This document shows, in pieces, positions 1-10,400 of a DNA stretch of 64,000 nt; the first letter of the stretch is position 1; every line of letters starts with the position of its first letter. The DNA comes from an uncultured Bacteroidota bacterium (GTDB lineage Bacteria; CLD3; SB21). A program made the position numbers and the translations under genes. The notes under the pieces were generated by a model. The model saw only the letters and a program-made list of their open reading frames with translations. It was not told where the DNA came from and made no database searches. The stretch is taken from assembly GCA_964602985.1 (NCBI GenBank), contig CAZRTJ010000005.1:73198-137197 (forward strand). Direction: 5' to 3'.

Positions 1-301
1 GAGCATACAAATTATACACGCGATAGTCGGGATTTTCCCCTGCTTCCGCTCCCAAATCGACCATCCCGCGGACATAGCCATGGACGGACAGCGACGGCAT
101 GACCACTTCACGTGCATCAAATACAATCGACTGAAATGCCCGCAGGCTCCTGGCGGATTCGTACGTCGAGTCTACGAATTGGTTTTCCCAGGCGTAGAAC
201 GACGTCGACGTGCGAAGCGACAGCGATTGCGCAGAGAGATCATGAACGACCAGCAAGATCAAGGAGCAGCAGATGATCCATGGAAAGGTTCGGTTCTGCA
301 T
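1..301 (-). CDS. N-terminal ~100 aa of a secreted hypothetical protein that continues beyond the window edge
   Basis: Reverse strand reads ATG (plus 299-301) then MQNRTFPWIICCSLILLVVHDLSAQS..., a signal-peptide-like start with no stop before position 1. It is not in the ORF track because it runs off the edge. Confidence 0.35.
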   Translation of the reverse strand, partial: MQNRTFPWIICCSLILLVVHDLSAQSLSLRTSTSFYAWENQFVDSTYESARSLRAFQSIVFDAREVVMPSLSVHGYVRGMVDLGAEAGENPDYRVYNLYA

Positions 302-321
302 AGTGTTACCTGTAGTAAGAA

Positions 322-344
322 GGGCGCCTCAGCATAAGGCGCCC
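322..344 (-). terminator. GC hairpin (GGGCGCC-loop-GGCGCCC) just downstream of the multihaem cytochrome gene
   Basis: 7-bp perfect inverted repeat with a 9-nt loop, 20 nt past the stop at 364. A modest U-rich tail follows on the minus-strand transcript. Confidence 0.45.
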
Positions 345-363
345 CATGACAAAAAGCAAGCCT

Positions 364-1725
364 CTACAAAGGACGGGCACCGGTCGGTGTCACTCCAAAC
401 GCCTCAATCGAATCGAAAATCAACTGAGCCGCATATTTGTAGTTGTGGTATCCGTACCCCTTGGATCGAACGACCAGGAAATAATTATACAGCGCACCAG
501 CCCGGTCTTTGGACAATTGAACCGAGATGCTGGAACTCGTCCACTTACCGGTCGTCGAATTGAAGGTAGCTGTTCGCTGCACACGGACCGCGTCGTGATA
601 GATATTTGCAAAACGGGTGGTCGCGTTCGAACTCAAGACCGGATCTGATGATGAGGCCAGCGAATCCAGCACATATTCCGTCGGTGCGTCCACCTGGCTC
701 AGCAGACCGGCGGTCGCAGGACCCGTGCTGTCGGGATCAAACGTGTTCAGAATATCCTGCAACTGCTTCAACAGCGTCTCGAGATTGGCCACTGAAGCAG
801 ACTGGATGGAACTGATATCTGTGGCGCCTGTATGGCATCCGGACACGGCACACGACGCGACTTTTGGAGAAAAATCATGGTTCCCGTAATTGCCGTTTTC
901 GGTGATTCCCGGCATATGACAGGTCACACACGCCTTGTTCAGAGCCGCCACGTGCGTCGAATTGGAATAGGTTTCGCCTGTGAACTCATATCCGCCTTCA
1001 CCGGAATACAAGTCCGCGCCCGGGCCTTCATGTGGACCCCAGTGACGCGATGTCAGTGACACGTTCGTCGTCTTGATAAAATCCGTGACATCCTTACGGG
1101 ATTTATGGCACATCATGCAGGTATTACCTGTCCCGTAATTGGGCATTTGAGTCCCCGTCGCCGAGGCCGTCGTCGCGCTCTTTTCAATATAAATGCCCTG
1201 CGTGGTAGACGTGCGAAGTGGATAATTGCCCGGCACATAGATCGAAGTCACGTGCTGGTTTGTCGAATCGGTCTTGGGTTCGTGACAGGTCAGACACTGG
1301 ATTTGTGCAAAGTTGGCATTGCCGTCGTACCCCGCTTCATAGATTTTGTTGTCCCCGGTGTTCTTATACAGGATTTGACCCAGAAGAACATTCGCCACTG
1401 TGCCCCCGGAATTTGAAACCGCTCCATCCAGCCGAGAAGCGAGGGCATCCTTGGCATGACACATTCCACAGGACCGGCCGGTGTTGTTCGTAAATGTCTC
1501 CTGCTCTTCGGTCAGCAGGATCTCCGCAAAATGAGACGAATTGCTGTACTGTTCCCATATGCCGCCGCTGTTATGACAGGGAGCCAAACATGCATTGGCA
1601 TTGACGCCGTCGATACCGTCTTCGCCATTCGTTCCGGCCGGACCGCGTGGCCCTTCGCAGGACAATAACGACACGGCAAAGAGGGTGACAAACAGATTAA
1701 TGAATTTCAGAAGAGATCTATTCAT
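364..1725 (-). CDS. Multihaem c-type cytochrome lipoprotein; 4 canonical CXXCH plus one CX3CH and one CX4CH; short collagen-like G-X-Y stretch after the lipobox
   Basis: Signal peptide with lipobox LLSC. GPRGPAGTNGEDGIDG is five G-X-Y triplets. Haem motifs in order: CLAPCH, CGMCH, CLTCH, CMMCH, CVTCH, CAVSGCH. Strong RBS AAAGGAGG before the ATG. Confidence 0.85.
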   Translation of the reverse strand: MNRSLLKFINLFVTLFAVSLLSCEGPRGPAGTNGEDGIDGVNANACLAPCHNSGGIWEQYSNSSHFAEILLTEEQETFTNNTGRSCGMCHAKDALASRLDGAVSNSGGTVANVLLGQILYKNTGDNKIYEAGYDGNANFAQIQCLTCHEPKTDSTNQHVTSIYVPGNYPLRTSTTQGIYIEKSATTASATGTQMPNYGTGNTCMMCHKSRKDVTDFIKTTNVSLTSRHWGPHEGPGADLYSGEGGYEFTGETYSNSTHVAALNKACVTCHMPGITENGNYGNHDFSPKVASCAVSGCHTGATDISSIQSASVANLETLLKQLQDILNTFDPDSTGPATAGLLSQVDAPTEYVLDSLASSSDPVLSSNATTRFANIYHDAVRVQRTATFNSTTGKWTSSSISVQLSKDRAGALYNYFLVVRSKGYGYHNYKYAAQLIFDSIEAFGVTPTGARPL

Positions 1726-1977
1726 GACATCCGCCTCCTTTCGGGTGGGTTGATTACGAATTATCTATGACAAGTGTAACCGATTCGATTTTACAAAGAA
1801 ATGACAATCGTCAAGGCCAAATATGATTGAATACCGGGAGGGGTTTGGGACGCTATTTGGTCATACGGACAGCCCTCCCAGACACACCATACCAGTTTCT
1901 GATAACCGGTCCCTGGAAGGACGGTTCGTAAAGAAACCGTCCTCCATCTGGATTCGACTAATTTACCCTATTTTACC

Positions 1978-2538
1978 CTATTTGGGTCGAGGGTGACTGA
2001 TGAGGGAATGCATTTCTGAGTAGGTAAATGGCTTGTAAGTCGGAGATTCCTCATTATGACACGTCTTACAACGCGCTTCATCGGGCTTGATCAGGCCGAC
2101 CGATTCGCCCGGAGTTTTGCCGTCTGTTATGGCTTGCATGACTTCCTTCGTCCAGTAATCACCTCCAGCGCCATGGCAGGACTCGCAGCTGACGCCGTCT
2201 TCCTTGCGGTATTTCTCCGTGTAAAACTTGGCGTCTAGCCCAGCACCGTCGATGTGACACTTCAGACAGGCCAACTCCGTTTGAGGATTGCCCAGTCCCT
2301 TGGCAGTTGCAATTTCCTTTGCCTTGTCGCTTCCAAGCGTCTCGAAGGCTTGCGCATGCTTGCTTTCTTTCCAGGATTTGTATTGTGCACCCTTCTTGGG
2401 AGACATGTGACACGGCTTGCATTTATCGGCTCCGACATAGGCGTGCTCGTTGGGATCGGTCCATTCAAGTTCAGCATAGTCTTTGACGTTCCACGAAACA
2501 AGAAATCCCACGATCATGGCGAGTATCAGCGTTTTCAT
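1978..2538 (-). CDS. Tetrahaem cytochrome c (cytochrome c554-like family), periplasmic
   Basis: I place the start at the internal Met (MKTLILAMIVGFLVSW, signal peptide) with a GGAG RBS. Four CXXCH: CKPCH, CLKCH, CESCH, CKTCH. The ORF-track start at 2712 adds 58 non-signal residues, so I reject it. Confidence 0.8.
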   Translation of the reverse strand: MKTLILAMIVGFLVSWNVKDYAELEWTDPNEHAYVGADKCKPCHMSPKKGAQYKSWKESKHAQAFETLGSDKAKEIATAKGLGNPQTELACLKCHIDGAGLDAKFYTEKYRKEDGVSCESCHGAGGDYWTKEVMQAITDGKTPGESVGLIKPDEARCKTCHNEESPTYKPFTYSEMHSLISHPRPK

Positions 2539-2574
2539 AATGTGACTCCTTTGTTGCAGTCCCAAGCACCGCGG

Positions 2575-2605
2575 CCTCCAACAAACGTACAGCTCCGTTG
2601 GAGGC
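2575..2605. promoter_or_regulatory. 9-bp inverted repeat (GCCTCCAAC...GTTGGAGGC) in the divergent promoter region between the tetrahaem cytochrome and the clpX-like gene
   Basis: Perfect 9-bp stem with a 13-nt spacer, 37-67 nt upstream of the cytochrome start. It could be an operator palindrome or a 5'-UTR stem-loop. Confidence 0.3.
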
Positions 2606-2835
2606 AAAACAATGATGATTTTCCGCCTTCCAATTCCACAATACGGCCAGCCCCTTCGACAAGAAATGACGATCGTCAGTGATAAGAACATCGTCAGAGG
2701 AAGCTTGCCCACGCGAGACCGGAAGCCGCTTCGCGTCCAGGGCCCCTCTCATCCCGTCACGCCACGGAAGTCCTGGGTTGTCTCAAAGGCGGTTGCTATT
2801 CTGCTCCCTCGCGTGTAAGTTATTATCGAAATTTC

Positions 2836-4392
2836 GTGGTTCATCGGACGTTATATTATCGCATTGAACATGAAAGGAATGCAGTGAATATCTCCTCGCA
2901 TACCAATACGGACCAGTTCAAGAAGGAATTTGAAGAATTCCTCAAGCAGAAATACGCCCAGCCGGATCCGGAACAGGATACCAGCGGAAGCAAGGCCGGT
3001 GTGAAGGGAACACAGGACCAGACTCCGGCCGATTTCGATCTGAAGCCGGAAGAACTCGAAGCATATTTGAATCAGTATGTCGAGTGCCAGCAGGAAGCGA
3101 TTGAAATCATCGCCACGAAAATCGCTACGCACTACAACCGGATGAAACTCGAAGACACGCTCACCGACGAGCAAAAACTGGTCGGCAACATCAAGAGCAA
3201 TGTCCTCCTGATCGGACCGACCGGCGTGGGCAAGACGTATATCGTCAAACTGATTGCCAAGAAGATCGGCGTGCCCTTCGTCAAAGGAGACGCGACAAAA
3301 TTCAGCGAGACCGGCTACGTGGGCGGCGATGTCGAGGACCTGATCCGTGAACTCGTCAAGGAAGCCGACGGCGATATCAAACGCGCGGAATACGGCATCG
3401 TCTATCTGGACGAAATTGACAAGATCGCCTCCTCGACAAACAATCGCGGGCTCGATGTGTCCCGATCCGGCGTCCAGCGAAACCTCCTCAAACTGATGGA
3501 GGAGTCGGAAGTCGATCTGCGTGTCCCTCACGACATGGCCTCGCAGATGGAAGCCGCGATGGAAGCACAACGTACTGGAAAAGTCCAGCGCAAGAAGGTC
3601 AACACGAAAAACATCCTGTTCGTCGTGAGCGGCGCGTTCTCGGGTCTGGAAGATATTATCTCCCGACGCCTCAATCAAAAGCGGATCGGCTTCGGTGCGC
3701 AGCATGTCTCCGCATCGAAAGTTTCCAAGGCCGAGGTATTCAAATCCGTCACGACCGAAGATCTCGTCGAATACGGATTCGAATCCGAGTTCGTCGGTCG
3801 ATTACCGGTCGTCGCCAACCTCAATGAATTGACCATCGACGCCCTGTTCAACATTCTGAAAAACCCGAACAGTTCCGTAACCCTCAGCAAGAAACGCGAC
3901 TTCGAGGCGTACGGAATTCAAATCGAATTTGACGACGACGCTCTGCAACTGCTGGCCGAGCGTGCCTACCAACAGAAAACGGGAGCGCGCGGCCTGGTCA
4001 ACATCCTGGAAAACGTTCTCATCAAGTTTGAAAAGAAATTGCCGTCTACATCGATTCGGACGTTCCGCGTCACGCGGGCCGTGGTCGAGAATCCGGAATC
4101 AGAACTGCGCGTCGTACTGGCCGAAGGAGCCATCCGAGCCTTCCAGCGTACGTTTCTGGAACAGCATGGGATCGTTCTGGAATTTCCGGATACCGCGCTG
4201 ACACGCCTGACGCAGCAGGCTGAGCGCGAACACCGCGCGGTCGATCAACTGCTTCACCAGCTGTTCAAAGACTATGAATATGGCCTCAAACTGGCGGGTG
4301 TTTCGACCTTCCGCGTGTCCGAAGAAGTTGTGGAAGATCCGAGGAAATACCTCGATGCACTCGTCAAGAACTCGTACGCAAACAAATCCTGA
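2836..4392 (+). CDS. ClpX-family AAA+ unfoldase paralogue lacking the N-terminal C4 zinc-binding domain
   Basis: Walker A LLIGPTGVGKT, GYVG pore-1 loop, Walker B IVYLDEIDK, sensor SRSGVQRNLLKLMEES, and an IGF loop (KRIGFGA) that suggests ClpP docking. No Cys-rich zinc finger. The start is GTG. Confidence 0.8.
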   Translation: MVHRTLYYRIEHERNAVNISSHTNTDQFKKEFEEFLKQKYAQPDPEQDTSGSKAGVKGTQDQTPADFDLKPEELEAYLNQYVECQQEAIEIIATKIATHYNRMKLEDTLTDEQKLVGNIKSNVLLIGPTGVGKTYIVKLIAKKIGVPFVKGDATKFSETGYVGGDVEDLIRELVKEADGDIKRAEYGIVYLDEIDKIASSTNNRGLDVSRSGVQRNLLKLMEESEVDLRVPHDMASQMEAAMEAQRTGKVQRKKVNTKNILFVVSGAFSGLEDIISRRLNQKRIGFGAQHVSASKVSKAEVFKSVTTEDLVEYGFESEFVGRLPVVANLNELTIDALFNILKNPNSSVTLSKKRDFEAYGIQIEFDDDALQLLAERAYQQKTGARGLVNILENVLIKFEKKLPSTSIRTFRVTRAVVENPESELRVVLAEGAIRAFQRTFLEQHGIVLEFPDTALTRLTQQAEREHRAVDQLLHQLFKDYEYGLKLAGVSTFRVSEEVVEDPRKYLDALVKNSYANKS

Positions 4393-4394
4393 CC

Positions 4395-5681
4395 ATGAAA
4401 AAAGTAGTTATCGTAGACGGAGTGCGAACACCTTACGTGAAAGCCGGCACGCTGTTTCAAAAACTGACGGCGATCGATCTCGGCAACCTGGCGATGAGAG
4501 AACTCCTCAGCCGCACGGAACAACGGAGTGACGTAGTCGACGAAATCATCGTCGGCAATATCGCCCAGCCGCCCGAAGCGACCAATATCGCGCGGATTGT
4601 GGCGTTGGAGGCGGGCATCCCGAAAGACGTTCCTGCTTTTACCGTGCAACGCAATTGCGCATCCGGTATGCAGGCGATCGTCGATGCGTATCTGCGCATT
4701 CAAGCCGGACTCGCCGATACCATCATTGCGGGCGGCGTGGAATCGATGAGCAACATTCCCCTGCTGTTTCAACAAGCCTTCACCGACAAGTTCGCGGAGG
4801 TGTACAAAGCCCGATCGTTTGGACAGAAATTGGGCGCCTTGAGTAAGATCAAACTGCGCGACCTCAAACCCGTCATTGGTCTCCAGGTCGGGCTGACCGA
4901 CGGATTTTGCGGTCTCAACATGGGTGAAACGGCAGAGGTGCTTGCCAAAGAATTCAGCGTCACGCGCGCAGAGCAGGATGAACTAGCGTTGATGAGCCAC
5001 CAGCGCGCCGCCACGGCCACGGACAACGGCATTCTCAAACAGGAAATCGTCCCCGTTCAGCTCGGTGCGGACTTCAAAACCCTTGTGGACGAGGACAACG
5101 GCATTCGAAAGAATCAGACCATGGAGGCCCTTGGAAAACTTCGTCCGGTCTTTGATCGACGATACGGCACAGTCACAGCCGGCAATTCGTCCCAGATCAC
5201 GGACGGCGCGGCGTTTGTACTGGTGATGTCTGAGGAAAAAGCAAAATCTCTCGGGCTTCAGCCGCTGGGCGTGATCCGCGGATTCGGTTTTGCCGGTCTC
5301 GATCCGGAGCGAATGGGGCTGGGTCCGGTTTTCAGTACGCCGATCGCGCTGAAGCAGGCCGGCCTGACGATGAAGGACATCCAGCGTATCGAGATGAATG
5401 AGGCGTTCGCCGCACAAGTGATCGCCAACGAACGGTGTTTCGCGTCCAAACAATTTGCAAACGAACAACTCGACCTGCCGGACGCCCTGGGCGAAATCGA
5501 TCGGGGCATCCTGAATGTCAATGGCGGCGCGATTGCGCTGGGACATCCGGTCGGATCGTCCGCAACGCGTCTCGTCATTACACTACTGAAGGAATTGAAA
5601 CGTCAGCAACTGCAGTTTGGTCTCGCGACGTTGTGCATCGGCGGTGGTCAGGGCGGCGCGATGGTTCTCGAACAAGCCTGA
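4395..5681 (+). CDS. 3-ketoacyl-CoA thiolase / acetyl-CoA acyltransferase
   Basis: Thiolase signatures NCASGMQAI and NVNGGAIALGHPVGSSATR, and C-terminal CIGGGQG. It begins 3 nt after the clpX-like stop. Confidence 0.9.
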   Translation: MKKVVIVDGVRTPYVKAGTLFQKLTAIDLGNLAMRELLSRTEQRSDVVDEIIVGNIAQPPEATNIARIVALEAGIPKDVPAFTVQRNCASGMQAIVDAYLRIQAGLADTIIAGGVESMSNIPLLFQQAFTDKFAEVYKARSFGQKLGALSKIKLRDLKPVIGLQVGLTDGFCGLNMGETAEVLAKEFSVTRAEQDELALMSHQRAATATDNGILKQEIVPVQLGADFKTLVDEDNGIRKNQTMEALGKLRPVFDRRYGTVTAGNSSQITDGAAFVLVMSEEKAKSLGLQPLGVIRGFGFAGLDPERMGLGPVFSTPIALKQAGLTMKDIQRIEMNEAFAAQVIANERCFASKQFANEQLDLPDALGEIDRGILNVNGGAIALGHPVGSSATRLVITLLKELKRQQLQFGLATLCIGGGQGGAMVLEQA

Positions 5682-5693
5682 TCCCTTGCCACG

Positions 5694-6833
5694 ATGGCCG
5701 CTCTAACAACCGACGAACTCCGTCGGTATTCGCGTCACCTCATTCTCCCGCACTTTGGAAGAGAAGGACAGGAAAAGCTTAAGTCCGCTCGTGTCTTGGT
5801 GATCGGCGCCGGTGGACTGGGCAGTCCGCTGCTTCTGTATCTCGCCAGCGCGGGAGTCGGTCACATCGGCGTCGTCGATGAAGATGTTGTCGATGTGTCC
5901 AATCTGCAACGACAGGTTCTCTACGCCACTCACGATGTCGGCCGCGCCAAGGCCGAGGTTGCCGCGGAGCGCATCCGCGCCCTGAATCCACACGTATCGG
6001 TTGAGACCTATCCAGTGCGATTGAATTCCGACAATGCCATGTCCATTATCGGATCGTACGACGTGGTCGCCGACGGAACCGATAATTTTCCCACGCGATA
6101 CCTAACTAACGATGCCTGCGTGCTATTGGGAAAACCGCTGGCGTATGCTTCGATCTTCCGTTTTGACGGGCAAGCGTCCATTTTCAATGTACCACGTGCG
6201 GATGGAAGCCGCGGGCCGAACTACCGGGACTTATTTCCGTCCCCGCCGCCGCCCTCCTCCGTCCCCAGTTGCGCCGAGGGAGGCGTTTTGGGCGTGCTTC
6301 CCGGAATGATGGGATGCATCCAAGCCAATGAAGTAATCAAGGTGATCACGGGAATCGGCCGTCCGCTCAGCGGTCGACTCCTGCTGTTTGACGCACTCCG
6401 GTTCGAAACCCGTATGATCGAATTTGCTTGCGATCCCAAGAATCCGCTAAGCGGCGACCACCCGACGATCACTGAATTGATCGACTACGAAGGCTTCTGC
6501 GGACTCCGCGGCCAGACGACTCGAGGAATTGCTGTAGAAGAGCTTCAGATCATGATTCAGGAAGGGCGTCCTTTTCAACTCATCGACGTGAGAACAAAAG
6601 AGGAATACGATCTGGCCAATCTCGGCGGCATCCTCATTCCACTCGCCGCGCTACAGGAGCATTTGTCCAAGATCCGACGGGATTGTCCGGTGGTCGTTCA
6701 TTGCAAGACCGGAATACGAAGCGCGCAAGCCGTGTCGCTCCTGCAGCAACAGGGCTTTCACAACGTGAGCAATCTGGAAGGCGGGATTGTCGCATTTGCA
6801 AAATCCTTCCGCCCGGACTTGATCGTCTACTAA
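5694..6833 (+). CDS. moeB: MoeZ/MoeB-type adenylyltransferase (ThiF/E1-like) with a C-terminal rhodanese domain
   Basis: VLVIGAGGLGSP nucleotide loop, two CxxC pairs, and a rhodanese catalytic loop CKTGIRS near the C-terminus. Confidence 0.85.
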   Translation: MAALTTDELRRYSRHLILPHFGREGQEKLKSARVLVIGAGGLGSPLLLYLASAGVGHIGVVDEDVVDVSNLQRQVLYATHDVGRAKAEVAAERIRALNPHVSVETYPVRLNSDNAMSIIGSYDVVADGTDNFPTRYLTNDACVLLGKPLAYASIFRFDGQASIFNVPRADGSRGPNYRDLFPSPPPPSSVPSCAEGGVLGVLPGMMGCIQANEVIKVITGIGRPLSGRLLLFDALRFETRMIEFACDPKNPLSGDHPTITELIDYEGFCGLRGQTTRGIAVEELQIMIQEGRPFQLIDVRTKEEYDLANLGGILIPLAALQEHLSKIRRDCPVVVHCKTGIRSAQAVSLLQQQGFHNVSNLEGGIVAFAKSFRPDLIVY

Positions 6834-6835
6834 AG

Positions 6836-6863
6836 CAAAAAGCCGCCCCGAAGGCGGCTTTTC
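6836..6863. terminator. Bidirectional intrinsic terminator (AAAAAGCCGCC-CCGAA-GGCGGCTTTT) between convergent genes
   Basis: A perfect GC-rich stem flanked by A-run and T-run, sitting exactly between the moeB stop and the convergent lipoprotein stop. Confidence 0.7.
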
Positions 6864-6881
6864 TTGTCGTATCCAAATGTC

Positions 6882-7424
6882 TTAACGAAAACTCTGATAG
6901 AGTCCTTCCAAAGCTGCGAGTAACGTCGCCGGCTGACTGTCCGCAACGGACACGCCGAGGGTAGTGAGAATTTGCACCACACGGGTGTAATTGCCCTGGT
7001 GAAACTGCCCGTACCCTTCATGAACCAGCAAGTCACTCGCAGTGACAGTACGGTCATGCGTAAAAACATATGAAGCGTTGCGTCTCACGACAAACTGTGC
7101 GCGTGCCACGGTTTGTGCGTGTTGCGTTTTCGCGAAGGCAATCGCAGTCCATCCGGCGTACGCATCCGTGAGAGAATCGCCGGCCACGACCGCAAAGTAC
7201 GCATCCGACGCATCCAGCGAATCCACCGACATGCGCATCGTTGTCCAACCCAGACCCACGTATGCCTCTCGCTCGTCCGGAATCAGTTCCGTAAACGCCG
7301 CGTGGGCGTCAGCGTATTCTCCTGCACGAAATTTCTGCCAGGCGACATCCAGTGGATCATCCTCACCGCACGCACTGAATAGCAGTCCGAGCGCAACCAC
7401 ACACACTGCCCATTTCTTCATCAT
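6882..7424 (-). CDS. Hypothetical lipoprotein
   Basis: GAGGAG RBS 6 nt before MMKKWAVCVVALGLLFSAC (lipobox). I recognise no domain. Confidence 0.55.
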   Translation of the reverse strand: MMKKWAVCVVALGLLFSACGEDDPLDVAWQKFRAGEYADAHAAFTELIPDEREAYVGLGWTTMRMSVDSLDASDAYFAVVAGDSLTDAYAGWTAIAFAKTQHAQTVARAQFVVRRNASYVFTHDRTVTASDLLVHEGYGQFHQGNYTRVVQILTTLGVSVADSQPATLLAALEGLYQSFR

Positions 7425-7466
7425 TTGCCGCTCCTCACTTTTCATTTTCAATATATTCTTCTTCCT

Positions 7467-10400
7467 TTACTTCAGCAACAGCATCTTCCGCGAGACCACT
7501 CCCTGGGAGGACTCGAGGCGATACAGATAGACGCCGCTGGCCACCTGCCGGCCCAGATCGTTTCGGCCATTCCACACCACCGTGTGATAACCCGCCCGGC
7601 GGCTGCCGTTGAACAATTCGGCGACTTTCTGACCGAGAATATTGTATACGACCAGACGCACTCGACTCTCATCCGGCAGACCAAACTGAATAGTCGTTGT
7701 CGGGTTGAAAGGATTCGGGTAATTTTGCGACAGCTCGAGTTTCTTCGGCAAGAACGCATGGTCCGGATTGTAGAAAACGGCGAACGTTCCGCCTCGTCCT
7801 GTCTTGAACTGCACTGCACCCGACTGTCCTTCCCCACCCAAATATTCCCACGTGTCCCCGACGCGTTCGTACACTCCGACTTTGCGTTCGTCATAGGACG
7901 CATCCGTTGCGCGGTTCGCAGCAAGCGCCTTGGCATCGTACGGGACGGTCACCGTCAGGCGATCGCCCCTGTTCATATCGGTCGTCAGCAGGAGGTCCAG
8001 ATCACCCAAAGACAACCAATTGGCAGTCGCGGCCTTCTGCATGCCCAAAGTCAGTTCATCCGCACGATACGACCCGAGGAGGAAGCCGTCGGAGGACACG
8101 CCGCCTTTCGGTATGCCGACTCTTACTCCATCAAATTCGCCTGTCAACGCCTTGCTGGTCAGCGAAAGGACAGAGTACGTCTTCGAGGCTGTGGCCGGAT
8201 TGCCGACCGAATCCTGCGCGGAAACATCCAGCACCAGCGAACCCGTCGAGCGGATCGCGTAGGAAGTCGAGAATACCCGTGAATTGGAGCCCGTCATAGT
8301 CAGATTCGTGGTACCACCCAACGTCGCCGTACCGGTGATGCCGGCCAGACCTTCATTGGAGACCACGACTAATTGCACGCTGCTCTTGGCAATCGTACTG
8401 CGCAGGACTCCCAGCGTCAGAACGGGCGGCACGTTTTCCAGGCCCGTACCTCGCAACACCACACGAAGTGGCGTGCCGCCGGTCGAATTGGAAGTCACCT
8501 TCAGCGTATCGATCCGCGATCCGGTTTGCTGAGGTCGGAACCACACGGTCAACTGGAGCGAGTCATTCGACGTACCAATCGTATCAGGCAGAACGACTGC
8601 GTCTGATCGGTAGTCTGTGGTTGCATTCTGGATCTGACTCACGATCACGTTGCCAATCGTTGCCGTCAGTTTAACGACCGCCGAAATACTGTCGCCCACA
8701 CGCGTGGGAATATAATCGATCGCTGTGACTCCGGAACCCAGCAAACCGGCGGCTACGATGCCGTTCCCATGAAGAATGATCACCAGAGGATTCGTGGCCG
8801 ATGAATTGGAGAACTCTATGGTGTCCGCATACGAACCCAGAGCGGTCGGCGCAAAGCGGACGACAGCGCGCATGGTGTCGCCGGGCGCTACAGTGTCGGG
8901 CGTCGAGAAATTCGACGAGACTGCCGAGAATGGAACTTGCGGAGGTGCACCGGCGCTGGGAAAGATGACAATGCCGTTCTGCGGAATAATCATCAGGGTT
9001 TGGAAGGCGCTGTCGCCAAGCACTACGTTGCCGAAATCAAAATCGGTTCCGTTGGGCGTCGACAGGACCCCCAGCAGAGGTATGAACATGGCCAGTTCGG
9101 AAGAATGGCCGGCGCTGTCCTGCATCGCGGTAATGATGTCGCCCGACCCAAACGAGACCGTGGCCGTCCAATCCCCGGACCCATTGGCCGTTGTGGTTGC
9201 CAGGATCGTGCGCCCCTGGTTACCGTGCAGCCGGTCCGCATAAACCTGAACGAATGCATTCGGGGCCGACTTTCCGGTCACAGTCGTCGCAGTCACACTG
9301 GTGATCCGCGGCGGCGCGACACCTTTCTGAACTCCATCGCCGGGCTTGAACAGAATACCGCCCCATTGATTTTCAAGAATCAGGTTCTGCCAAAACACAT
9401 TGCTGTCCGTCAGAGCGCCCGCGACGCCAATTCCCGCCTGGCCATTAAAGGCAATGATGTTGCCCTGGACCGTATCCGCGGTCGATCCGCTGTGGAGATC
9501 GACGCCCATCCCCAGATTGGGGATCGGCAACACGCCCGTCACGTCCGTCCCGATGTAGTTACCCGCGATCCTCGTGCGGTAGGTGCTGTCCATCGAGATT
9601 CCACTTCGGATATTACCCGAAATAACATTGCGCATGCCGGCAGTGCCGTCACCAATCCAGTGATCTTGAGAGGTTGAACCGAAATAATCGCCCAAGATGA
9701 GAATGCCCGATCCATTGCCGATCGGCGCTGTCCCTGCCGCGTTGGTGCCAATGTTGTTCCTGAACATGCGAACATATTCAGCGCTCTGAATCAGTATGCC
9801 AGCGCCCGCTGTGTCGCCGCCGGCATCCACGTAAAAGTGTCCCGAAATGACATTCTCATATACAAGGCTGGAATCGGCGCCTCCGAAGATCGTCACACCG
9901 TCCATGCCGTTCTTGCGATTCTGATTGCCCGTTATGTCAACACCTACATAATTACCGGCGATAATGGAGTGGGGCGCATCAAAACCTTCGATGACGACTC
10001 CGCTGAGTCCATTACTGCTGATCAGGTTACGACCCGTACCAGAAGCGTCACCAATCTCATTGTATCGCGCCGGTCCCCAGATGCCGAATTCTTCCGTGAC
10101 ATAGTACCCGGAAATTCGGACACCGTGACCGCCATTTCCAAGAGAGGTTGAGCCACTCTGGTCGAGACCGACGATATTGGCCTTCACCTTGTTGAAATTC
10201 GAGGAGTCTCCGGGACTGTCTCCACCGCGAATCCAGATGCCATCCAATGCATTGGCAGAAATGACATTTCCAGTGTTGGCAGCATTACTACCAATCCAGT
10301 TCCTGCTTCCACCATGCATGATGATGCCGGCACCGGCATTTCCGAGGGGCGTGACGCCATCGGCTCCGAGACCGACCAGATTGTTGAACACCTTGCAGTC

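Noticed and set aside
7425-8544. Several 60-285-aa ORFs on the plus strand (7425-8282, 7907-8299, 7930-8262, 8284-8532 and others up to about 14.4 kb)
   Set aside because: All lie antisense to the giant beta-helix gene and are Arg/Pro/Ser-rich in the way GC-rich antisense frames are. They have no RBS and no recognisable motifs.
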